This document shows positions 54,875 to 64,000 of a DNA stretch of 64,000 nt, piece by piece. Every line of letters begins with the position of its first letter. Position 1 is the stretch's first letter. Source of the DNA: a virus. The notes under the pieces were generated by a model. That model was not told where the DNA came from and searched no databases. It saw only the letters and a list, made by a program, of their open reading frames with translations. The DNA is taken from the IMG/VR virus record IMGVR_UViG_3300020438_004021, positions 64,001-128,000 of that record. The stretch is one strand, 5' to 3'. A program made the translations under genes and the position numbers.

Positions 54875-55744
54875 TTGGCAACTAATTCTCATTTCAGACC
54901 TCAGAGGGATGAGCAGAAGATTATTGAAGATTTGTCTATAGAGGCTATTAAAATCTATGGGCATGACTTCGTTTATATACCCAGAACTCTGGTCAAGGAA
55001 GACGAATTATTCGGTGAAGATGTCCTGTCCACTTTCGATAATGGTGTGGAACTGGAAATGTACATTCAAAACATAGATGGTTTTGAAGGAGATGGAGACT
55101 TTGTCTCTAAGTTCGGTTTAGAGGTCAGAGATTCCATGAAATTGGTAGTCTCCAAGAAGAGATTTGAAGAAGAAGTATCACCTGTTGAATCTTCAATTAA
55201 ATACCCAAGAGAGGGAGACTTAATTTTCTTCCCCATGACCAAAGGTCTCTTCGAGATTAAATTTGTAGAGCATGAAAATCCATTTTATCAACTCAACAAG
55301 TTATATACCTATTCTCTATCGTGCGAGCTGTTCCAATACGCACAAGAAGACCTCAACACTGGTTGGACAGACGTAGACAAGATAGAAACAGACAGATACG
55401 ACTCTGTGGTACAGCTGACCACATCTGGTGGTGTAACCGGTACATTCTTGGTCGGAGAGTTTGTGTTTGATGGACCATCGTATGCTACATCTGTTAACAC
55501 TGCAACCATCGTTAAATGGGATGGTTCAGTAATGCAGATAGCCGGACAATCAGGTGCTATAGGGACTACGGGAATCACTGGAAGCGATTCAAGTGCCTTC
55601 GCAGTAGTTGGTTCCACTGGTGCACCCAATACAACGATAATTGTACCACCTACCAACTTCACTGACAACAGGGACATTCAGGTAGAGGCTGACGATGTAT
55701 TCGACTTCACTGATAAAGACCCATTCTCGGAGGGTAACTATTAA
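54875..55744 (+). CDS. 14: Neck protein gp14
   Basis: E.IKIYG.D..YIPR, FGED..S.F, SKFGL, PREGDLI.FP, FEI.FVEHE.PFYQL. Confidence 0.93.
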   Translation: MATNSHFRPQRDEQKIIEDLSIEAIKIYGHDFVYIPRTLVKEDELFGEDVLSTFDNGVELEMYIQNIDGFEGDGDFVSKFGLEVRDSMKLVVSKKRFEEEVSPVESSIKYPREGDLIFFPMTKGLFEIKFVEHENPFYQLNKLYTYSLSCELFQYAQEDLNTGWTDVDKIETDRYDSVVQLTTSGGVTGTFLVGEFVFDGPSYATSVNTATIVKWDGSVMQIAGQSGAIGTTGITGSDSSAFAVVGSTGAPNTTIIVPPTNFTDNRDIQVEADDVFDFTDKDPFSEGNY

Positions 55745-56586
55745 TGTTTGAAGTCTTTTATAATCAGACTATTAGAAAGATGACTGTAGCCTTCGGTTCC
55801 ATGTTCAACAATGTCTATGCAACTAGACTGAACTCCGATGGTACAACTGCAGCCCATGTTAGGGTTCCTCTAGGGTATGGACCAAAAGATAAATGGGTGA
55901 GAAGGCTAAGAGAGCAGAATCCTCTAGACGAAGATTCAAACGAGACTTCAATAACACTGCCCAGATTGAGCTTTGAAATGACATCTCTTACCTATGACCC
56001 AGATAGGAAGAAGAACACAATACAGAAAAGGTTTCTAAAAGGAACCCAGAACGAGAAGATAATGAGGAACTACGTAGAGGTTCCCTATGATATTGAGTTC
56101 AGTGTATCTGCCATGGTTAAATTCATGGAGGATGGTCTCAGCATTATGGAACAGATACTTCCCTACTTCACACCAGAGTTTACAGTTACTATCAACTTCA
56201 ATGACATCAACCAAAAAGTAGATGTACCCATAGTTTTAAATTCTGTAAATGTTAATGAAGATTATGAAGGTGATTTTGATACTAGAAGGTTAATAACTTT
56301 CGACATGAACTTCACTGCTAAGACTCATGTATTTGGACCAATCAAGACCAGCTCTACAATTCAGAACGTTACTGCTACACTTCTTCAACCAGACTCATTC
56401 TACCACGACGGTACTTCTTTGGGTCTTTCAGGTACTAATGCAGCAATGTCCAAGGTATTGGTGGGTGTCACCGGTCCTTCTGGTTCCTCATCCGGTGTGG
56501 ATAACTTCACCGCGTATACTACAGATGTAAGAGTTTATGGAATGACTGGAGAAGATGGCATTAGCCTAGATGGGACTAACTTATAA
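55744..56586 (+). CDS. 15: Tail sheath stabilizer/terminator gp15
   Basis: FYN.TIRK..VAFG..FN, VPL.YGPK.K, LPR.SFE, EQILPYF.P. Confidence 0.95.
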   Translation: MFEVFYNQTIRKMTVAFGSMFNNVYATRLNSDGTTAAHVRVPLGYGPKDKWVRRLREQNPLDEDSNETSITLPRLSFEMTSLTYDPDRKKNTIQKRFLKGTQNEKIMRNYVEVPYDIEFSVSAMVKFMEDGLSIMEQILPYFTPEFTVTINFNDINQKVDVPIVLNSVNVNEDYEGDFDTRRLITFDMNFTAKTHVFGPIKTSSTIQNVTATLLQPDSFYHDGTSLGLSGTNAAMSKVLVGVTGPSGSSSGVDNFTAYTTDVRVYGMTGEDGISLDGTNL

Positions 56587-57092
56587 TGGGTAAGAAGAAG
56601 AGCATTGACGAGAAAATCGCTGATGCTTTGGATATCGATTTGACAACTGAAAATGTGGAAATTGTGTCTAAAGAATCAGATGATGTAGAAATAGAAGAAG
56701 TGTCCGAGAGAGAAGCGGACATGGGTAGCGACTATGACCTGGTCAGGGGCAACCTAAAAGATATAATCAAGACTGGTCAAGGAGCGATAGACGGCATCCT
56801 AAATGTAGCATCCGAGGGTGAAAGTCCTCGCGCCTATGAGGTGGTATCACAGTTAATAAAGACGGTCGCAGATGCCAATAAAGACCTTATGGACCTGCAT
56901 AAGAAAGTGAAAGATTTAGAGAAAGATGACTCTACCAAGCAGTCTGCCGGTAGAATCACCAATAATGCTATATATGTGGGTTCTACCAAAGACCTACAAA
57001 AGCTGGTTAAAGATTCTAGAAATCAGGCTGAGACAATAGATGCCGATTTCAATGTGATTGAGGGTGATATTAATGGCGATGAGAGAGAATGA
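56586..57092 (+). CDS. 16: Terminase small subunit gp16
   Basis: DY...R.NL...I..G..A...IL.VA...ESPRAYEV..QLIK, NNA.YVGST..LQK. Confidence 0.92.
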   Translation: MGKKKSIDEKIADALDIDLTTENVEIVSKESDDVEIEEVSEREADMGSDYDLVRGNLKDIIKTGQGAIDGILNVASEGESPRAYEVVSQLIKTVADANKDLMDLHKKVKDLEKDDSTKQSAGRITNNAIYVGSTKDLQKLVKDSRNQAETIDADFNVIEGDINGDERE

Positions 57093-58728
57093 TTCTTATC
57101 TAGGCAACCAAAACCTTAAGGGTATTGGGGTAGAACAAGAATTTACTAAAGAGCAGGTAGAAGAGTATGTTAAATGCTCTGGGGACCCTCTATATTTTGT
57201 CAAGAACCACGTCAAAATTGTCACCCTAGACGAAGGTTTGGTCAATTTTCAACCATGGGACTTCCAAGAAGACATGCTTGAAAAAGTACATGACAACAGA
57301 TTCATTATATGTAAATTCCCTAGGCAGACCGGTAAAAGCACCACGATTATATCTTATCTTCTTCACTATGTCTTGTTCAACTCAGATGTGAGGGTAGCAA
57401 TATTAGCAAATAAGCAGGCTACTGCTATCGAACTCTTACACAGGCTCAAGATAGCATATGAGCATTTGCCTAAGTGGTTGCAACAAGGAGTAGAAGAATG
57501 GAACAAAGGTTCTATCGTCCTAGAGAACGGTTCTAAGATAATCGCATCAGCAACCTCTTCCTCAGCTGTTCGTGGTGGTTCTTTCAATATGATATTCTTA
57601 GACGAATTCGCATACGTACCGCATGGAGTAGCAGAAGAATTTTTCAGTTCTGTCTACCCCACCATCTCTTCTGGTAAAGACACCAAAGTTCTGATAGTGT
57701 CTACACCAAAAGGTCTGAATATGTTTTACAAACTGTGGGTCAATGCACAGAATGGGAGAAATGAGTATATACCCATCGAGGTAGAGTGGGACCAGGTGCC
57801 AGGTAGAGATGAAGCATGGAAAAAGCAAACTATTGCCAATACCAGCGAAGAGCAGTTTAAGGTAGAGTTTGAATGTGACTTTGTGGGTTCCTCGAATACC
57901 CTAATATCCACTTCTAAACTGAAGAACTTAGTATTTGAAGACCCAATACACCGATCAGAAGACGGTCTTAAGATTTTTGAGAGACCCGTCAAAGACCACA
58001 TCTATAATATGTGCGTGGACGTATCTAGAGGTCAGGGATTGGACAACCATGCTTTCACGTTAGTAGATGTCACAGAGATGCCCTATAAAGTTGTAGCCTC
58101 TTTCAAGAACAATAGCATTCCACCGATGGTCCTCCCAGACTTGATTAACAGGATATGTACAGAGTATAATGAAGCATATTGTTTGGTAGAGGTAAACGAT
58201 ATAGGTGGTCAGATAGCAGATATCCTAGCCTCGGACATTGGATATGAGAACGTATTAAGAACTGCTTCTAGGGGTCATAGGGGTCAAGAACTAAGCAGTG
58301 GTTTCAAGGCTAACTCCAAACCCGGTGTGAAGACTTCCACTTCGGTGAAGAGGGTTGGTTGTGCTAATTTCAAGTCTTTGATAGAAGAAGATAAGCTCAT
58401 AGTCAGGGACATCGACATTATAGAGGAGATATCTACCTTTATATCCAAGAAGACCTCTTATTCAGCCGATACCGGACATCACGATGACTTGGTAATGACA
58501 TTAGTCATACTCGGATGGATGACCAGTCAACAGTATTTTAAAGAGATATCAGACATAGATATTAGAAGAGAGATATATCAAAAAAGAATCGATGATATGG
58601 AGCAAGATCTGACTCCTTTTGGTTTTTCCAATGAGGACTCGGAGCAAGATGCGGGTTATGAGGTTGATTCAGATGGTAATGTATGGTTTAAGGGTGATAG
58701 TGAATATGGTGGTTGGTCTGATTGGTAA
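57073..58728 (+). CDS. 17: Terminase large subunit gp17
   Basis: YLGN.NLK, PRQTGKST, IFLDEFA, VSTP.G.N.FY, DVSRG, HDDLVM. Confidence 0.97.
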   Translation: MAMRENDSYLGNQNLKGIGVEQEFTKEQVEEYVKCSGDPLYFVKNHVKIVTLDEGLVNFQPWDFQEDMLEKVHDNRFIICKFPRQTGKSTTIISYLLHYVLFNSDVRVAILANKQATAIELLHRLKIAYEHLPKWLQQGVEEWNKGSIVLENGSKIIASATSSSAVRGGSFNMIFLDEFAYVPHGVAEEFFSSVYPTISSGKDTKVLIVSTPKGLNMFYKLWVNAQNGRNEYIPIEVEWDQVPGRDEAWKKQTIANTSEEQFKVEFECDFVGSSNTLISTSKLKNLVFEDPIHRSEDGLKIFERPVKDHIYNMCVDVSRGQGLDNHAFTLVDVTEMPYKVVASFKNNSIPPMVLPDLINRICTEYNEAYCLVEVNDIGGQIADILASDIGYENVLRTASRGHRGQELSSGFKANSKPGVKTSTSVKRVGCANFKSLIEEDKLIVRDIDIIEEISTFISKKTSYSADTGHHDDLVMTLVILGWMTSQQYFKEISDIDIRREIYQKRIDDMEQDLTPFGFSNEDSEQDAGYEVDSDGNVWFKGDSEYGGWSDW

Positions 58729-58740
58729 AGTCCACCAATT

Positions 58741-58748
58741 TATAAATA
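58741..58748 (+). promoter_or_regulatory. Late promoter TATAAATA
   Basis: Exact motif upstream of the sheath gene. Confidence 0.8.
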
Positions 58749-58819
58749 TTCTAGTAAAAAATACCTAAGAAGTACACATCCTATTTTTGTACATTAAAAG
58801 ACTCTAAGGAGAAGTAAGT

Positions 58820-60658
58820 ATGGCATTTCAAGTAAGCCCCGGCGTGGTCGTCAAAGAAGAAGACCTAACAAGTCTGATTCCTGCAGTATCTTCAACTATT
58901 GCCGGTTTCTGCGGTCACTTCCATTGGGGACCAGCAAACGAAATCATTACCGTGGACAGCGAAAATGAGCTAGTCCAACTATTTGGTCCTCCTGCAGACG
59001 ACAACTTTAAAGAATGGTTCACCGCTGCTAACTTCCTTGGTTATGGTAACAACCTTAAATTGGTTCGAACCATAGACCAGGCAGCTGGAAAGGCCGCTAA
59101 CGCATCTGGTCCATCTGGTCCTGGTGCGGTAACTCTCGTCAAAGGTTCAGGCAGTGTATCAGATGCCGCACAAACCACTGGTAGTTCTGGTGGTCAGCAT
59201 TTTATAGGTAAATATCCTGGTGCCAGAGGCAACTCATTGAAGGTCGCAATGTGGGACGGTGGTTATACTACCGGTATTTCAGCAGGTGCTGCCCACACTG
59301 CGGTATCAGCAGGTGCTTATAAAAACTGGACATATGTAGACAATTTCCAAACCAACATGCCATTCACCACTGGTTGGGCTAATAACCTAACTGGAAGTGA
59401 TACTGTTTTCGATGGTGTTAATGTTGCAATCATCGACGAAGACGGCGATTTCACTGGTACTAAGGGAACGGTTCTAGAGGCATTCAACGGTCTTTCTAAG
59501 GCAACAAATGCTAGGAATTCAGATAATACATCCAACTATTATGTGGATGTTATCAACGAGACATCAAAATATGTAAACTCATTGGCACACCCATATGAAG
59601 CAGGTTCATCGCAGGAAAAAGGTGTGGGTGTCTCTGGTGGTTCTCAAAACTGGGGTACGGTCCTTACCACAGCCGGTGGTACTTTCGATGTCATATTCGC
59701 ATCCAATACAGCCGGTTATGAAATAAGTTTAGCCGGTGGTTCTGGTTCTACAAGTGGTACGATATCCTGCACCAAGGGTGGTACAGTTGACTACGGTCTG
59801 TTCTATGATTCAGAGACAGTTGATGTTAGTCTGATTCTAGGTGGACCCGCAGACAACACCCTCGCCGGTGCTCTAGTAGACTTGTGTGATGATAGAAAAG
59901 ACTGTGTTGCATTCCTCTCGCCAGAAGAAGCAGATTGCCTTTCTAATAATACACCACTAGTTGAATCAACTACCGAGACCGCTATATTGGACTTCAGAAA
60001 TACTCAGCTGAACAAGAGCAGTTCTTATGCATTCCTAGACTCTGGTTGGAAATATCATTACGACAGATACAATGATAAGTTCAGATGGGTTCCACTAAAC
60101 GGCGATATTGCCGGTGTAGCCGTTAGGTCTGACGAAGTTGCGGAGACATGGTTCTCCCCAGCAGGTTTCAACCGAGGTCAGGTCCGTGGTGCAATTAAAC
60201 TCGCATTCAATCCGAGGAAAGCCCATAGAGACAACTTGTACCAAGATCAAGTCAACCCAGTGGTTTCATTCCCTGGTGAAGGTACGGTCCTCTTCGGAGA
60301 CAAGACACTTCTCGCTAAACCAAGTGCTTTCGATAGACTCAATGTTAGAAGACTCTTCATTGTACTCGAGAAGGCAATCTCTACAGCCTCTAAATACCAG
60401 TTATTTGAGCAGAACGATGAATTCACACGTGCTAACTTCAAGAGCATGATTGAACCATTCCTTAGAGATGTTCAAGCAAGAAGAGGTCTACAAAGCTTCA
60501 AGGTGGTGTGTGACGATACTAATAATACTTCGGCAGTTGTCGATAGAAATGAGTTCGTCGCGGACATTTTCATCAAACCCACCAAGTCCATTAACTTCAT
60601 CACCCTAACGTTCATTGCAACTTCACAGGGTGTTGATTTTACTGAGATTGGTTCTTGA
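58820..60658 (+). CDS. 18: Tail sheath protein gp18
   Basis: MAFQVSPGV...E.DL, F.WGP, WFSPAGFNRG, FDRLNVRRLF. Confidence 0.97.
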   Translation: MAFQVSPGVVVKEEDLTSLIPAVSSTIAGFCGHFHWGPANEIITVDSENELVQLFGPPADDNFKEWFTAANFLGYGNNLKLVRTIDQAAGKAANASGPSGPGAVTLVKGSGSVSDAAQTTGSSGGQHFIGKYPGARGNSLKVAMWDGGYTTGISAGAAHTAVSAGAYKNWTYVDNFQTNMPFTTGWANNLTGSDTVFDGVNVAIIDEDGDFTGTKGTVLEAFNGLSKATNARNSDNTSNYYVDVINETSKYVNSLAHPYEAGSSQEKGVGVSGGSQNWGTVLTTAGGTFDVIFASNTAGYEISLAGGSGSTSGTISCTKGGTVDYGLFYDSETVDVSLILGGPADNTLAGALVDLCDDRKDCVAFLSPEEADCLSNNTPLVESTTETAILDFRNTQLNKSSSYAFLDSGWKYHYDRYNDKFRWVPLNGDIAGVAVRSDEVAETWFSPAGFNRGQVRGAIKLAFNPRKAHRDNLYQDQVNPVVSFPGEGTVLFGDKTLLAKPSAFDRLNVRRLFIVLEKAISTASKYQLFEQNDEFTRANFKSMIEPFLRDVQARRGLQSFKVVCDDTNNTSAVVDRNEFVADIFIKPTKSINFITLTFIATSQGVDFTEIGS

Positions 60659-60660
60659 GG

Positions 60661-60668
60661 TATAAATA
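60661..60668 (+). promoter_or_regulatory. Late promoter TATAAATA
   Basis: Exact motif upstream of the tube gene. Confidence 0.8.
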
Positions 60669-60696
60669 AAGAAAATACATCCCTAAGGAGATTTAG

Positions 60697-61254
60697 ATGA
60701 ATATCGATAAATTCAAAGAAGCACTATCACAGGGCGGAGTCCGAAAGAACCTTTTCAGAGTACAAGGTAATATAGGTACTACTTCCCTTCCTACCAAGGT
60801 TGGGTTCCTATGTAAGGCGGCTTCTCTTCCCTCTTCAACGATCACCCCCATTGAAGTACCATATCGGGGAAGAAAGTTGAAACTACCTGGTGATAGGGAA
60901 TACGCAGAATGGACTCTAACATTCATGTGTGATGGAGACTTCGAGGTCAGGAACGCATTCGAAAAATGGATGGATGACCTGAACAAGACAGTAGACAATA
61001 TTGCCACTGAGAACTTGAACCTAACTGGGGAACTGTTCCCAGATTGGAGATTTGACCAACTAGACAGACAAGGTAAGGCGATTAAGTCCTACCAGTTCTT
61101 CCACTGTTGGCCATCTGAGATTAGTGCCATTGATGTTACATATGAAGACACTGACTTGATGGAGTTCACAGTAAACCTACAATACACATACTTCATTACT
61201 CAAGATACAGATGTGAGTGTTGGTACAGGTATTGCAGCCGCACCAGGCAACTGA
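60697..61254 (+). CDS. 19: Tail tube protein gp19
   Basis: GG.R.NLF.V, FLCKAASLP, VPYRGR..K..GDR...EW, F..CWP. Confidence 0.95.
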   Translation: MNIDKFKEALSQGGVRKNLFRVQGNIGTTSLPTKVGFLCKAASLPSSTITPIEVPYRGRKLKLPGDREYAEWTLTFMCDGDFEVRNAFEKWMDDLNKTVDNIATENLNLTGELFPDWRFDQLDRQGKAIKSYQFFHCWPSEISAIDVTYEDTDLMEFTVNLQYTYFITQDTDVSVGTGIAAAPGN

Positions 61255-61282
61255 TATCTGAGCAACACATAAGGAATTTATT

Positions 61283-62791
61283 ATGCCTATTGAACTATTT
61301 GGTTTCAGTCTAGGAAAAGCGAAGAAGACGAATGAAGAAAAGAAGTCAGAGCTTAAGTCTTTCGTTAGACCAGACTCTGAGGATGGTGCAGCCATACTCG
61401 ACTATGGTGCTGGCAGTGGTTACTTCGGAACCTATATGGACTTCAATTCAGAAGTCAAAGGTGATATGGAGGCCATCAGCAGGTATAGAGAGATGGCACT
61501 CCACCCCGAATGTGAATCAGCAATCGAAGACCTCTGCAATGAATCTATAGTTTATAGAGAAGAAGGCAAGTCGATTGAGATTGAGTTAGACAATGTCGAT
61601 ATGTCAGATAGCATCAAAGACAAAATACATGAAGAGTATGATTATCTTTATAGACTGTTAGACTTCTCTAACAAAGGGTATGAGGTATTCAGAAGATGGT
61701 ATATTGATGGCAAGTTATACTACCATATGGTGGTAGACGACAAGAATCCTAAGAAAGGGATTCAAGATGTAAGATATGCCGACCCAATGAAGATTAAAAA
61801 AGTGATAGAGGTAAAGAAAGAAAAGTCCGACCAGAAGGACCATCAATCTTTAGAGGTAGTAAAAAAGACAGACGAGTATTTCGTTTACAGAGAGAAAGAA
61901 ACAGATGCCAACGGTCTCAGGATAGCACCGGAGGCAGTCTGCTATGTCACCTCAGGTCTTTATGATTCTAGTAACAAAAAGGTTATTAGCTACCTACATA
62001 AGGCAATAAAACCTCTGAACCAGTTGAGAATGATTGAAGATGCCGTTGTAATCTATAGAATATCGCGTGCTCCAGAGAGAAGGATATTTTATATTGATGT
62101 GGGCAACCTACCTAAGAATAAAGCAGAGCAATATGTTCGTGGAATCATGAATAAGTATCGCAACAAGTTGGTATATGATGCTAGCACAGGGGCGATAAGA
62201 GACGACAAGAGACATATGAATATGTTAGAAGACTTCTGGTTACCCAGAAGAGAAGGTGGTAAAGGCACTGAAATACAAACTCTAGATGGTGGTCAGAATC
62301 TAGGTGAAATGGAGGACGTTCAGTACTTCCAAAAGAAATTATACCAGTCTCTAAGTGTTCCCAGAAGCAGGTTAGACATCGGTGACCAATATGGTATGGG
62401 TAGAGCATCAGAAATAAATCGAGATGAACTTAAGTTCATGAAGTTAATAGACAGACTTAGAAATAAGTTCAGTATGTTATTCCTTCAGATGCTAAAAACC
62501 CAACTAATATTGAAGGGAGTATTGAAGGAAGATGACTGGAACGGAATCGCTACAGATATAAAGTTCGACTTTGCTAGAGACAACCATTTTGCTGAACTTA
62601 AAGACTATGAAATATTGTCTGAGAGAATGAACATCCTTAGAGATGTCAACGACTATGTTGGTAAATACTACTCTACTGAGTGGATAAGAAGGAACATACT
62701 GAGACAATCTGATTCACAGATGAAAGACATAGATAATGAGATAAGCCGTGAGAGAGAAGAAGGAATCATCACAGACGACGGAGAGTACTAA
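61283..62791 (+). CDS. 20: Portal protein gp20
   Basis: FRRWYIDG, SYLHKAIKP.NQLRMIEDA.VIYRISRAPERRIFYIDVGNLP, EDFWLPRREGGKGTEI. Confidence 0.98.
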   Translation: MPIELFGFSLGKAKKTNEEKKSELKSFVRPDSEDGAAILDYGAGSGYFGTYMDFNSEVKGDMEAISRYREMALHPECESAIEDLCNESIVYREEGKSIEIELDNVDMSDSIKDKIHEEYDYLYRLLDFSNKGYEVFRRWYIDGKLYYHMVVDDKNPKKGIQDVRYADPMKIKKVIEVKKEKSDQKDHQSLEVVKKTDEYFVYREKETDANGLRIAPEAVCYVTSGLYDSSNKKVISYLHKAIKPLNQLRMIEDAVVIYRISRAPERRIFYIDVGNLPKNKAEQYVRGIMNKYRNKLVYDASTGAIRDDKRHMNMLEDFWLPRREGGKGTEIQTLDGGQNLGEMEDVQYFQKKLYQSLSVPRSRLDIGDQYGMGRASEINRDELKFMKLIDRLRNKFSMLFLQMLKTQLILKGVLKEDDWNGIATDIKFDFARDNHFAELKDYEILSERMNILRDVNDYVGKYYSTEWIRRNILRQSDSQMKDIDNEISREREEGIITDDGEY

Positions 62792-62794
62792 TAA

Positions 62795-63250
62795 ATGAAG
62801 AACGATACCAATAAAGAAGAAAAGAAGTATGAGAACTTCAACAAGATAATCAGAGACAGGTTAGCAGACCTTTCTATGAAAGAAATATCTTCTAGGTCCG
62901 GCGAGATTTGTAAAGGGATTTTTGAAGAAGAAGACAAAGATGCCGTTTCCGTTCAGGGTACGACTGAAGACCCTACTCTAGACCCCGAGATGAGCAAAGA
63001 ATATTTCTTGAATTCATTTGAGGAAGGTGATACATTGGTAACTCTCAAGACGATCGGTGTTGGGAGAAATAAACCAGTGTCGGTATACTTCAATGAGAAG
63101 AGATGGGAAATGTTTCCTGGTCCTAAAAAGGCGAAAAGCGAAGCTATTAAATTCATCAAGAGTAGACAGTATGAGGCATGGAAAGAAAGACACACAATGG
63201 TCAAGAAGACCGAAGAAGTCAGTTCTGAAGACTCTGACAGTGATAAATAG
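62795..63250 (+). CDS. Hypothetical protein in the prohead core region
   Basis: 151-aa ORF between the portal and protease genes. Confidence 0.55.
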   Translation: MKNDTNKEEKKYENFNKIIRDRLADLSMKEISSRSGEICKGIFEEEDKDAVSVQGTTEDPTLDPEMSKEYFLNSFEEGDTLVTLKTIGVGRNKPVSVYFNEKRWEMFPGPKKAKSEAIKFIKSRQYEAWKERHTMVKKTEEVSSEDSDSDK

Positions 63251-63283
63251 TTTATAAAGTCATCAACTAAGGGAGGGACCAAT

Positions 63284-63640
63284 ATGGTTTCTGGTAAGGA
63301 TATACTAAAGAGAATTCTGGACGAAGACCCAGCACAGGCGTTGAAAGATACGAAAACTGCTTTATACCTAAATGTCGGAAAGAGGGTGGGGGAAGAGAGA
63401 CCCACCATCGTCGCTAGGAACTTCAAAGAGGAGAACTACGGCAAAATGGTAGAGGCAGAACTTAGTCCAGAGCAAGAGGCATTTAGAAGTCTCTTTAAAA
63501 AGATGCTGGACAAGCACGGTGTAGACTCGCCCAATGAGTTGGATGACGAGAAGAAAGCCCAATTTTATGATGAAGTAGAGAAAGCTTGGGAAAAAGACCC
63601 CAAGAATGACAATGAGGGCGAAGGGGAGGAACAAGACTAA
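63284..63640 (+). CDS. Putative prohead core protein (gp67/gp68 position)
   Basis: Acidic; F..ML.KHGV.SP.ELD.E.K..F...VEK.W motif; GATAAATA upstream. Confidence 0.55.
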   Translation: MVSGKDILKRILDEDPAQALKDTKTALYLNVGKRVGEERPTIVARNFKEENYGKMVEAELSPEQEAFRSLFKKMLDKHGVDSPNELDDEKKAQFYDEVEKAWEKDPKNDNEGEGEEQD

Positions 63641-64000
63641 TGCTACTTTTCACTGAATCAAACCTAGAAAACGTAAAGCTTCTCAAAGAAGAAAATGAAG
63701 ACGGCATCAGGAGTTACTTCATCGAAGGTGTCTTCATGCAGTCAGAGAAGAAAAATAAAAACGGAAGAGTGTACCCTAAAGATATCCTAATGAAGGAAAT
63801 GAAGAGGTATAACGACGACTACGTTATTAAAAAGAGAGCCTTGGGAGAACTAGGTCACCCAGAGGGTCCAACCGTAAATCTAGATAGAGTATCCCATATG
63901 GTCGAAAGTCTTTGGTCTGATGGTGATGATATCTATGGAAGAGCAAAAATAATGGACACCCCAATGGGTAAGATTGTCAAGAATCTTATCGATGAAGGTG
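63640..64000 (+). CDS. 21: Prohead protease gp21 (truncated by the window end; not in the ORF track)
   Basis: Translates MLLFTE...YFIEGVFMQSEKKNKNGRVYP...RALGELGHPEGPTVNLDRVSH. Confidence 0.95.
   Translation, partial: MLLFTESNLENVKLLKEENEDGIRSYFIEGVFMQSEKKNKNGRVYPKDILMKEMKRYNDDYVIKKRALGELGHPEGPTVNLDRVSHMVESLWSDGDDIYGRAKIMDTPMGKIVKNLIDEG

Noticed and set aside
57073-62791. Introns, inteins or homing endonucleases in gp17-gp20
   Set aside because: The ORFs are continuous and of normal length, with no intervening nuclease ORFs.
1-64000. Stop-codon reassignment
   Set aside because: Core genes are full length under the standard code; TAA and TGA end core genes, TAG ends several accessory ORFs, and no suppressor tRNA is seen.

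Overview
A 64-kb segment of a large T4-like myovirus genome whose gene order resembles marine cyanophage/pelagiphage-type T4-likes. The host is not identifiable from this window. Layout: 1-8.6 kb has conserved hypotheticals, two large putative internal-head proteins, lipoproteins, a RuvC-like resolvase, a trypsin-like protease and a PLP enzyme. 8.6-16 kb is an early region driven by repeated sigma70-like promoters (TTGACA-N17-TCTAAT/TATAAT), with a CobS/MoxR AAA ATPase, many small ORFs, two tRNAs and a cluster of structured non-coding elements. 16-23 kb has a PurZ-type adenylosuccinate-synthetase homologue overlapping an adenylate-kinase-family gene, then exonuclease, gp33 and gp32. 23-64 kb is the T4-type baseplate/tail/neck/terminase/sheath/tube/portal/prohead module with TATAAATA late promoters. 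The most notable observation is the purZ-kinase cassette, which suggests 2-aminoadenine (Z) nucleotide synthesis in a T4-like myovirus. Other highlights are a probable -1 frameshift fusing gp26 to gp51, and several candidate structured RNAs and operator-like repeats. All calls come from reading the sequence and recalling motifs; no searches were run.
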